24,000 nucleotides of DNA, from contig JAZKGG010000007.1 in NCBI GenBank assembly GCA_040386015.1, positions 160,153 to 184,152 on the forward strand, written 5' to 3'. The notes under the pieces are model-generated. The model was not told where the DNA came from, made no database searches, and saw only the letters and a list, made by a program, of their open reading frames with translations. Positions 14,706-22,270 of this stretch are shown here, piece by piece (the stretch's first letter is position 1; every line of letters starts with the position of its first letter). This DNA is from Bdellovibrionota bacterium. GTDB lineage: Bacteria; Bdellovibrionota; Bdellovibrionia; Bdellovibrionales; Bdellovibrionaceae. A program made the position numbers and the translations under genes.

Positions 14706-16778
14706 ATGTCGAGATTGAAAGTATTATTAAGGGGAGCACAACTCAGTGACTTAAACCTTAGCCCTGATCGTGAATACGTCGGTGGCCGTAAGGAAAGTTG
14801 TGATATTCGTTTGCAACCTGAAAAAGGGATCTCGCGCGAACATTTCAAATTAAAATTTGAAGAAGGCCGTTGGGTATTAACTTCACTTTCGCGTTTTGGC
14901 GAAATCTTTTCTTTAGGCCAAAGAGTTGAAGCAACACCGCTTGAGCATGGCCAAATTTTTCAAATTCCTCCTTATGAATTTACGTTTAGTGATGTTCCAG
15001 ATTCGGCCAGCGATAATGTGAACGGCAATGAGATGCCTGAAGCTGGCGAAAATGAACGCACAGTTATTGGTGTTGCTCAGCAAGTTCCTTATATCAAAAT
15101 GATGTCGTCTGACGGTGCTGTTCGCGAAATGCTTCGTCTAGAGGTAGGTGATGTATGGGCTGCGGGACGTGATCCTTCGTGCCAAATTATTATTCCAGAT
15201 CAACGGGTAAGTCGTCGTCAATTTGAAGTCAGAAAAATTAACGGCATTTACACGATTATAGATTTAACCAGTGTGAACGGAACTTTTTTAAATGGTTCTC
15301 CAATTTCAAATACTGATCCTCAGCCTTTAAAATCAGGCGATGCGATCACGGTACTTGATAACACCATGTATTTCGAACTTCATGATCCCAATTTTCAATA
15401 TCGTATGGAGCGCATCGAAGTCCCGCCGTTACAAATGGCTGGCGGAACCGCTATTGATGATGCTCAAGAAATTGCTTTAGATGATTTGCCTGAGGGTGAA
15501 TACGATCCAAACCAAGATATGAATTACCCGCAAGAAATTGATCAAGGTTATTACCAAGATCAGATAAATCCAGAGGGTAGTCCTTTTACTGGAATGCCAG
15601 CAGATCAGATGCAAGGTGATTACTACAACATGCAAGGTGGGGCGCCGCCCCAAGAACAAGGCCCGCCACCTAAACCGATCGTACAAGCTTGGAACAGATT
15701 TAAAAATAACAAACCCGTTTTCTTTTCTGTGATCGCTCTATTTTTGGTCGGAATGTATTTTTTGAGTGATATGATCAATGCGCCAGCGCCACAAAAAACG
15801 GGACAACAACAAGCGTTTAATCCAGATGACCCTTTATCTCGTTTAAAACCTGAAGAGCGCGAAAACATTAATCTTTGGTATAACAATGCTGAAAAAGCTT
15901 TGCGCCAGCAGGCCTTTACCATTGCTAAAGAAAACTTAGATAATATTCATAAGTTAATGCCACTTGGGTATAAAGATTCAAAACTTTATGAGGCTGAAGC
16001 CTTAAACGGTGAACAAACTTTATTAACTCAACAAGAAACAGAACGTCGCGAAAAAGAACAAGCTGAATTACAAGCCTTGATCAAGGCGACTTTAGAAAAG
16101 TGTGAAAAATCGATCGTGCCCGAAACAACTCCCGAGGGCTTACAAGAGTGTTTAGCGCCAGTAACTATTAATGATCCAACAAATGCCGATGTTGATAGAA
16201 TGTTAAGTCAGGTTAGAAAAACGATCGGTGATCGTTTAGCCAAAGAAGAAGCTGAGCGAACTGCTAGAACACAGCGTGAAGAATTAAAAGAAATTTTTGC
16301 GCGTGCTGAAAAAGTTCATGAAACGGGCTTTCCTAAAAAAGCTATTAAAGCTTATCGTGAGGTGATCGCGAGCGAACTGCCAGACCCAGATGGATTAAAA
16401 GATATATCAGCAACGCGTATTAGATTTATCGAGAAAAAATTAGCAGAGCGTAATGCAAATAATATTTCAAGTGCTGAACTCTATTTAAAAGACGGTAAAT
16501 TTAAAGAAGGCATTATGGCTTTACGTGCGGCCTTACAATTTGATCCAGACAATCAAACTATCAAAGATAAGATCGAGCGTTATTCGAATGATTTACGTAA
16601 TCAAGTCAAAGTCATGTACCAAGAGTCGATCATCGATGAAAACTTTGGTTATGTGGATGGTTCTGACAACCGCCCAGGCGCTAAAGATAAATGGAAAAAA
16701 ATTATCGATATTGACTTAGAAGATGGCGATTATTACCGTAAAGCCTTCATTAAACTTAAACGTTATGGATTGTTATAA
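14706..16778 (+). CDS. tandem-FHA membrane protein: FHA(divergent) / FHA(canonical) / acidic Q,P,Y-rich linker / single TM / coiled-coil + TPR-like domain (690 aa)
   Basis: FHA-1 reads VGGRKESCDIRL..GISREHFKL...LTSLSRFGEIF; the S-x-N-G element is degenerate. FHA-2 reads AAGRDPSCQIII.DQRVSRRQFEV...IIDLTSVNGTFLNG. The TM segment is PVFFSVIALFLVGMYFL. The C-terminus has EKEQAELQ coiled coil and TPR-like repeats (LKDGKFKEGIMALRAALQFDPDN). Confidence 0.85.
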   Translation: MSRLKVLLRGAQLSDLNLSPDREYVGGRKESCDIRLQPEKGISREHFKLKFEEGRWVLTSLSRFGEIFSLGQRVEATPLEHGQIFQIPPYEFTFSDVPDSASDNVNGNEMPEAGENERTVIGVAQQVPYIKMMSSDGAVREMLRLEVGDVWAAGRDPSCQIIIPDQRVSRRQFEVRKINGIYTIIDLTSVNGTFLNGSPISNTDPQPLKSGDAITVLDNTMYFELHDPNFQYRMERIEVPPLQMAGGTAIDDAQEIALDDLPEGEYDPNQDMNYPQEIDQGYYQDQINPEGSPFTGMPADQMQGDYYNMQGGAPPQEQGPPPKPIVQAWNRFKNNKPVFFSVIALFLVGMYFLSDMINAPAPQKTGQQQAFNPDDPLSRLKPEERENINLWYNNAEKALRQQAFTIAKENLDNIHKLMPLGYKDSKLYEAEALNGEQTLLTQQETERREKEQAELQALIKATLEKCEKSIVPETTPEGLQECLAPVTINDPTNADVDRMLSQVRKTIGDRLAKEEAERTARTQREELKEIFARAEKVHETGFPKKAIKAYREVIASELPDPDGLKDISATRIRFIEKKLAERNANNISSAELYLKDGKFKEGIMALRAALQFDPDNQTIKDKIERYSNDLRNQVKVMYQESIIDENFGYVDGSDNRPGAKDKWKKIIDIDLEDGDYYRKAFIKLKRYGLL

Positions 16779-16780
16779 TC

Positions 16781-17359
16781 GTGAAATCAAAAATCAACTC
16801 GCATAATGGCGAACAAAAATTTCCACAAACGCGAGTGCATAGTTTATTAAATGATAACTTACTAGTTTACATTCGCTTATGGAGTGGGCCAGAGGCTGAG
16901 CAAAAAGCTGTCGACGAGATTTCTAGATATCTATCGGCTGCGGATGCAGATTTAGAAGTCACAACACCTTTTGATTACATTGAAAGTTTATCGTCTTTAG
17001 CAAATAAAGTGCGCATAGCTTTGTTATTAGCTAATGAAGCTATATATTTGGATAACAAAGAAAAATACACACAAGGTTATGAAATTGCGATTTGTTATAA
17101 ACATCACAAAGAAATTAGTATCGGTTCAGTCGGCCGCTTTGCTTTTTCGGCAGAAAAAAAAGATAAAAACTTTACGATGTTCGAATCAGGCGCGTTTTTA
17201 GATGATTTAGTGCTTTTGCCTACAGATTTATTGGGTGTCGAACGTGAAGTAGATATTAAATGCACTTCGGTATCAACTCGCGATTTAGAGGCGATTCAGA
17301 TCAGTTCAACGTTTGACCAACATACTTATTGGCAAGCTCACATTAATCAATTCGATTAA
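16781..17359 (+). CDS. hypothetical cytoplasmic protein, 192 aa (GTG start), last gene of the FHA operon; weak degenerate PP2C/SpoIIE-like pattern
   Basis: It starts 2 nt after the upstream stop and no in-frame ATG lies near the 5' end. The segment order LLVYIRLWSGPEAE / LLLANEAIY / GYEIAICY...ISIGSVGRFAF / LVLLPTDLLG loosely parallels the PP2C blocks ADGMGG / N..IY / GTT...a.vGDSR.Y / LLCSDGL, but without the metal-binding Asp residues. The functional assignment is speculative. Confidence 0.55.
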   Translation: MKSKINSHNGEQKFPQTRVHSLLNDNLLVYIRLWSGPEAEQKAVDEISRYLSAADADLEVTTPFDYIESLSSLANKVRIALLLANEAIYLDNKEKYTQGYEIAICYKHHKEISIGSVGRFAFSAEKKDKNFTMFESGAFLDDLVLLPTDLLGVEREVDIKCTSVSTRDLEAIQISSTFDQHTYWQAHINQFD

Positions 17360-17361
17360 AT

Positions 17362-19050
17362 TTAAAGTACAAAAATAGGGTCGACAAAAATCAAAGGGTG
17401 ATACCAGGCTTTATTAGGCTGATATAAACCCCACATGTTTTCTAAAGCTAGATTCCAAATAGAGATTTTGATTTCTTCAAAGTATTTTTTACGGCTTAAT
17501 TCATAAGTTAGTTTTGCTTTTTCTGGGTTTAGGCCAAAAAGACTTGCGTGTTTAAACTTTAAATAATCAATAAATAAACTATCATGACAAGATTTCAGCT
17601 GCGAAAGGCTGGTGGGTGGTTTGCTGATCAGATTTAAACAGCCAGAGTAGGCCATATCTAGCTTCGTTAGATCTAATTTATCGATTTGTTTAGTTTTAAG
17701 CTGCTGATTTAGCCAATATAAATACAGTGGGTGATTTTCAGAAACTTTGAGTGAGAAAAAATCAGCGGCTGGTAAGGTGTTTTTTAAATAATCACGAGCC
17801 ATTGTCGTGCCATTGTCATCAATGGGTGTGATGCTCGTCATAAATAAACGACGAATGCTTGGAATATCTTGTTCGGTATTCTTTTTGTTATTCAAATTCA
17901 CCACTTCAAATCGGTCGGTGGCTAAATTAAAAATTTCGGTTTCATCTTTGCGATCAATAATTAATAACGTCGGGCTAATGATGGCAAAGTTTAATTGTAA
18001 GGGTGATTTAATCCATGCGTTAGAAGCTTCAACTAATAATTGGCGAGTACTTGCGATGCTATCTGAGGCTTCGCTATAAAATTGGTTTAGATTTAAAAGT
18101 GAAAAGCCATCAAGTGTTGAGGGCTCGTCAGAGCCAAAAAAACTTTTAAGTGTATAACCCACATCAGCCAAGTTAATCGGGATGTCGTTTTTCCAAGAGA
18201 TACCTTCATCACCTTGCATGCGTGGAGGTTTTATTAATAACGACACGAGTGTGTTTTCAGAGTGTAAATTTAAAAAAGCCGTTTCATTTAAGCGGTTATA
18301 ATTATTGCTACCGCGTAAACCCACCACGTAAACATAAGTTTTATCCCAGATGCCACGATCTTTAAGTTCGTTGATAAAGTTAAAAAGTTTTTCGTCTAAT
18401 TTTTCAAGGTTTGTCGTTGTCGTATCAAGTTCGTTTAAAGCATCAATCTCAGAATTCGTGATGACTGCAAAAAAAGGAGTTGAATCTTCTTTTTGCCAAT
18501 CAAGAAAATTTTCTGAAGTAATTTTAAAATCTTTGATAATTTGGTTTGAATACTGGGCGGCCGCAGAATCGTCAAAGGTATCAAAGTATTTTGATAAGCC
18601 AGTCTTTTTAAGTACATGCGGGTTGCCTGCAAAAAAGCCAGTGCGGTAGCCCTGGTTATAGGCGGCTTCTTGAGTGGTTCTAACTTGTGGATTTAACAAA
18701 TCAAAACTGCGATGTACACCGTGTACGAGTGGGTACTGCCCAGTCAAAACCGAGCCGATCGCCGCAGCAGGCTGTAATGAAGTGGTGTAAGCATGGGTAA
18801 AGCGCATGAACTCTTTACAAATTAGAGCGAAACCAGAATTATCGTCGTTTTTCTCTTCAGAACAGTTCAATCTTTCGTTATCGAGCTGGTCAAATGCTAG
18901 AATTAACACAGATTTTTTTGTTTCACTTTGGCAAGACGTTTGGAAAAGAAGTTGAACAAATAACAACATAATAAACAAAACAGTGACAAAAATTGGTCGG
19001 GCCCAGACTTTGGTATATTGAGTATAATTGAGATTTTTTGACCCGCTCAT
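17362..19050 (-). CDS. sulfatase-fold (alkaline-phosphatase superfamily) protein lacking the formylglycine motif, with a ~250-aa extra C-terminal domain (562 aa)
   Basis: The N-terminal anchor or signal is PIFVTVLFIMLLFVQLLFQTSC. The blocks SVLILAFDQLD, FTHAYTTSLQPAAAIGSVLTGQYPLVHGV and GYRTGFFAGNPH align with the sulfatase blocks ILLIMADDLG, FTNAY..SPVCSPSRASLLTGRYPHRHGV and GYRT...GKWH. The C-x-P-x-R positions read P-A-A-A-I. Confidence 0.65.
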   Translation of the reverse strand: MSGSKNLNYTQYTKVWARPIFVTVLFIMLLFVQLLFQTSCQSETKKSVLILAFDQLDNERLNCSEEKNDDNSGFALICKEFMRFTHAYTTSLQPAAAIGSVLTGQYPLVHGVHRSFDLLNPQVRTTQEAAYNQGYRTGFFAGNPHVLKKTGLSKYFDTFDDSAAAQYSNQIIKDFKITSENFLDWQKEDSTPFFAVITNSEIDALNELDTTTTNLEKLDEKLFNFINELKDRGIWDKTYVYVVGLRGSNNYNRLNETAFLNLHSENTLVSLLIKPPRMQGDEGISWKNDIPINLADVGYTLKSFFGSDEPSTLDGFSLLNLNQFYSEASDSIASTRQLLVEASNAWIKSPLQLNFAIISPTLLIIDRKDETEIFNLATDRFEVVNLNNKKNTEQDIPSIRRLFMTSITPIDDNGTTMARDYLKNTLPAADFFSLKVSENHPLYLYWLNQQLKTKQIDKLDLTKLDMAYSGCLNLISKPPTSLSQLKSCHDSLFIDYLKFKHASLFGLNPEKAKLTYELSRKKYFEEIKISIWNLALENMWGLYQPNKAWYHPLIFVDPIFVL

Positions 19051-19103
19051 GAACTAACATCATAATGACTAAGTAATAAATGTAAAGACTAAAGGAGCCA
19101 TTC

Positions 19104-19730
19104 ATGTTCACTGACAAAATATTCGCCGTAGCTCATTACGCAGATCAATTCGTTTTATTCGTTTTGGTTTTAATGAGTGTGATTTCAATTGCTATGATTT
19201 TTGAAAGATTTATGACTTTAAAAAAAGTCGCCGCCGAAAGTGAACGCGTGCGCGCTCGCGTACGTATGGCTTTGCAAACGGGCTCGGTCAGTGATTATGA
19301 AGATATCGCGAAAGATCCAACTTCAATCGAAGGCCGTGCGGCAGGACAAGCCTTAAAACATTTTAAACAAAACGGTGAGCCCGGTTTTACTGAAGTGTTT
19401 AACACTTTCATTTTAACTGAAAAACCTGATCTTGAAAAATTTCTTCCGGTGTTAGCGACGATCGCATCAAACGCTCCATTTATCGGTTTATTCGGTACAG
19501 TATTAGGTATCATGAAAGCGTTTAATGATTTGGCGATGTCACCTGAGGCGGGTCAACAAACGGTTATGGCAGGTATTTCGGTAGCCTTAGTTGCGACAGC
19601 AGCGGGTTTATTCGTGGCCATTCCAGCCGGTATGTTTTTTAATTATTTTACGCGTAAAGTTCGTACCATCATCAACAGCGTTGAGTCGGTTAAAGAACTT
19701 GGTATCGCATACACTAAAAGAACTAAGTAG
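19104..19730 (+). CDS. exbB: MotA/TolQ/ExbB-family proton-channel protein (208 aa)
   Basis: Three TM segments and the family signature LATIASNAPFIGLFGTVLGIMKAFNDLA. An AAAGGAG SD is present. Confidence 0.85.
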   Translation: MFTDKIFAVAHYADQFVLFVLVLMSVISIAMIFERFMTLKKVAAESERVRARVRMALQTGSVSDYEDIAKDPTSIEGRAAGQALKHFKQNGEPGFTEVFNTFILTEKPDLEKFLPVLATIASNAPFIGLFGTVLGIMKAFNDLAMSPEAGQQTVMAGISVALVATAAGLFVAIPAGMFFNYFTRKVRTIINSVESVKELGIAYTKRTK

Positions 19731-19736
19731 GTAAAT

Positions 19737-20138
19737 ATGGCTTTTAAAGCTGACCAAGACGAAATTATGTCAGAAATTAATGTCGTACCACTGGTCGACG
19801 TTATTCTGGTTGTATTGATTATTTTTATGGTTACGGCACCTATGATTATGAAGCCGTCAATTAATGTTAACCTACCGAAAGCAGCCTCTGGCGAAGCCAC
19901 GACGCCTTCTAAATTAAATATCACTATTGGTAGTGATGGAAAATTAAATTTAGATGGTGAAGCGGTTGAAGACGTGCAAGTACAAGCAAAAGCTTTAGAA
20001 GAGGTAACTAAAAATCCCGATATTCAAGCGATCATCGCGGCTGATAAAGATGTTCCGCATGGCCGAGTGGTTTCGGTGTTAGATATTGTTAAAGGCGCTG
20101 GCGTAAAAAAATTCGCCATCAGCATTGATAAAAAATAA
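19737..20138 (+). CDS. exbD: ExbD/TolR-family protein (133 aa)
   Basis: MSEINVVPLVDVILVVLIIFMVTAP is the conserved N-terminal TM segment with the essential Asp. The periplasmic domain pattern is ...I.AD.....G.VV.VLD. Confidence 0.85.
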   Translation: MAFKADQDEIMSEINVVPLVDVILVVLIIFMVTAPMIMKPSINVNLPKAASGEATTPSKLNITIGSDGKLNLDGEAVEDVQVQAKALEEVTKNPDIQAIIAADKDVPHGRVVSVLDIVKGAGVKKFAISIDKK

Positions 20139-20160
20139 TAGTTCAATAACAAATGAAAAT

Positions 20161-20193
20161 AAAAAAGGGTGATCAGTTAGATCACCCTTTTTT
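20161..20193. terminator. bidirectional rho-independent terminator
   Basis: AAAAAAGGGTGATC (20161-20174) / loop AGTTA / GATCACCCTTTTTT (20180-20193). A GC-containing stem is flanked by an A-run and a T-run, between convergent exbD and the OMP gene. Confidence 0.88.
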
Positions 20194-20216
20194 ATTCTTA
20201 GAATTTAGTTTTATCG

Positions 20217-20804
20217 TTAGTACCAGTATTTAACAGCCGCATTGAGGGCCGCTGAATCGTTTTCATCAACGTCATCTTGTTCTTCAACAAAGTTGAAACG
20301 AGCATTTGCACCGAGCGTGATATATTCTTTATTTTGATCCGTTACCGGAATATCGAAACCGATCATTGGTGAAGCTGTCAACACAGTATCGTTATCAATT
20401 AAATACGCACCAACGCCTAAAGCGACCCAACTGTGTTTAATAAGCATTGTGTCTCCACCAAACGCATAACCCGGTTTGACTAAAACATTGTGAATATCTT
20501 CTTTAGCTTCACCTTCACCGAATTGGGTGAATCCATATTCAAGCCCTAACGTGAAATTTTCTTTCGTAGGGGCATAGCCGATGTCTAAACCGATATTAGA
20601 TTCTTCTTCGCCATCACCTTCAGGATTCACAACCCCAGCTAGAAGACCGAAGTGTGGTTTATACTCTGAAGTAAACATATTAGGTTTCTTCATACTTAAA
20701 AAACCAGAATCATCTTCAGCGGCAAAGGCTGATAAACTAAAACAAGTACATGACGCTATTGTGACTATTAACTTAGTAACTAAACTAGAAATTCCATTTT
20801 TCAT
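20217..20804 (-). CDS. small outer-membrane beta-barrel protein (OmpA-N/OmpW-like 8-strand class, 195 aa)
   Basis: The signal peptide ends ...LSAFA|AEDD. Alternating G/Y/aromatic strands are present, with a C-terminal ...AAVKYWY aromatic OMP terminus. Confidence 0.7.
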   Translation of the reverse strand: MKNGISSLVTKLIVTIASCTCFSLSAFAAEDDSGFLSMKKPNMFTSEYKPHFGLLAGVVNPEGDGEEESNIGLDIGYAPTKENFTLGLEYGFTQFGEGEAKEDIHNVLVKPGYAFGGDTMLIKHSWVALGVGAYLIDNDTVLTASPMIGFDIPVTDQNKEYITLGANARFNFVEEQDDVDENDSAALNAAVKYWY

Positions 20805-20984
20805 AAACTCCTCCTCGTGGTTAACCTACAGATAAGCAGCAAATCGAAGTGCCATGTTATTTGGCCTAAAATTGTTCCAGAATGGGGCGAAATCATTAAA
20901 GTCTTGTTTTATATTGAGACACTGTGCCGAGAACAATTCCTCAACTGAGTTCAATTTCAACCAGACCAGAACCGATAAGATAAT

Positions 20985-21509
20985 GTGATTAATAATCTGC
21001 GACGCCGACATAAAAGTATAATCATAGCTGTGCTGTGCTTGATGGTGACATCAGCTGTGAGCGGTTATTATATTTTTAAACCAGATTCTCGCACGCCAAG
21101 CTTTTCAGGTCGTTCACCAGCTTCGATTCAACCCGTCGAGATTGTTCAAGATACACCTATATTTTTCTCTGTGGATGAAGTCAAAAAGCCAACGCCGTTT
21201 GAAACTACCTTAGCGTTAGATTGCCAAGAGCTGTTTGCCGAGAATTCAAAAATCAGTTCGGCGAGTGTTTCTTCTGGGCATGTGATTTTAAAACTTTCAC
21301 ATTGTGCTAAACAAATGAATCTGGTGAAAAGCATTGAGCTTATTAACAAAACGAATGGTTACAATGCACAGCTATTTAAGCTGAGTAAGACCCAATTTAA
21401 TTCAGATTTTATTCAGCTGGATAAGGGTGTAAATCACCTCGAATTTGAAATCAGCCTAAACGACGGGCAAAAAAAACTGCAAATTTTTAAAATTCAGCGA
21501 ATTCAATAG
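20985..21509 (+). CDS. hypothetical membrane-anchored/exported protein (174 aa, GTG start uncertain)
   Basis: The N-terminus has basic residues followed by the hydrophobic span IIIAVLCLMVTSAVSGYYIF. No motif recognised. An alternative start lies at the ATG about 19 codons in. Confidence 0.45.
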   Translation: MINNLRRRHKSIIIAVLCLMVTSAVSGYYIFKPDSRTPSFSGRSPASIQPVEIVQDTPIFFSVDEVKKPTPFETTLALDCQELFAENSKISSASVSSGHVILKLSHCAKQMNLVKSIELINKTNGYNAQLFKLSKTQFNSDFIQLDKGVNHLEFEISLNDGQKKLQIFKIQRIQ

Positions 21510-21576
21510 GCTAATTAGCCATTTAGACCGCTTTTTGGGTGACAGCGCCGCTGCCTTTACATAATTTTATGCAGTT

Positions 21577-22254
21577 GTGAATGACACTCAAAGTTCTCAA
21601 AATTTAAACAGTTACGCAGGTGACTTAAAAAAACGTTCTGACGTTCATATTGCTCGTAAAATCTGGCATATGACGGGCGTGAGCATTTTCTTTATCGGTT
21701 GGTCGCTATTGCCATTCTGGTTAAGTATGAGTTTATTAATTATTGGTTGGTTCGTTTTTGTCCCGGCAGATTTAATTCGTTTATACAATCCGCAATTAAA
21801 TCGTATTCTAACTCGTTGGTTTCGTCCGATCATGCGTAAGAACGAACTCGATCGCCCCGCAGGAACCACGTACTTATTAACAGGCGTTATTTTTATCGGC
21901 TTTTTGTTTCCACCAGAAATTGTAGGTTTAAGCTTATTGTTTCTAGCTTTTGCTGATCCCATTGCTAGCTATGTGGGAATTCGTTACGGTAAAGACAAAA
22001 TTTTTGGACATAAATCAGTGCAAGGTTTTCTAGCTGCATTTGCGGTTTGTTTTATTGCGACATTTATTTACTTATATTTAAAAAATATCAGCGATTACAT
22101 TCTGATTGTGAGCCTTATTGCAGGATTGATCGGCGCATTGGCCGAATTAGTTCCGATTGCTAAAATTGATGATAATTTTACGATGCCAGTATTAAGCAGC
22201 ATTGGTATGTATTTCATTTTTACTTTTTTTAATATTTTTCAGCACTTAAAATAA
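21577..22254 (+). CDS. polytopic membrane protein of the CdsA / dolichol-kinase / phytol-kinase (CTP-transferase 1-like) family (225 aa)
   Basis: Six to seven TM segments. The block LLFLAFADPIASYVGIRYGKDKIFGHKSVQGFLAAF resembles the conserved C-terminal catalytic region of this family. GTG start. Confidence 0.5.
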   Translation: MNDTQSSQNLNSYAGDLKKRSDVHIARKIWHMTGVSIFFIGWSLLPFWLSMSLLIIGWFVFVPADLIRLYNPQLNRILTRWFRPIMRKNELDRPAGTTYLLTGVIFIGFLFPPEIVGLSLLFLAFADPIASYVGIRYGKDKIFGHKSVQGFLAAFAVCFIATFIYLYLKNISDYILIVSLIAGLIGALAELVPIAKIDDNFTMPVLSSIGMYFIFTFFNIFQHLK

Positions 22255-22270
22255 CAGCATAGGATTTATT

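Noticed and set aside
15477-15922. Minus-strand ORFs 15477..15686 and 15623..15922
   Set aside because: They are antisense to the tandem-FHA gene linker and TM region. These are shadow ORFs.
19104-20138. Calling the pair tolQ-tolR of a Tol-Pal operon
   Set aside because: No ybgC upstream and no tolA, tolB, pal or cpoB downstream. A strong terminator immediately follows the second gene.
20826-21011. 61-aa minus-strand ORF
   Set aside because: It occupies the divergent promoter region between the OMP gene and the 174-aa ORF and overlaps the latter's start. It has no SD or motif.
21509-21520. 12-bp palindrome GGCTAATTAGCC at the end of the 174-aa ORF as a terminator
   Set aside because: The stem is at most 4 GC-containing pairs with an AATT centre and no T-run. 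It is too weak to call.
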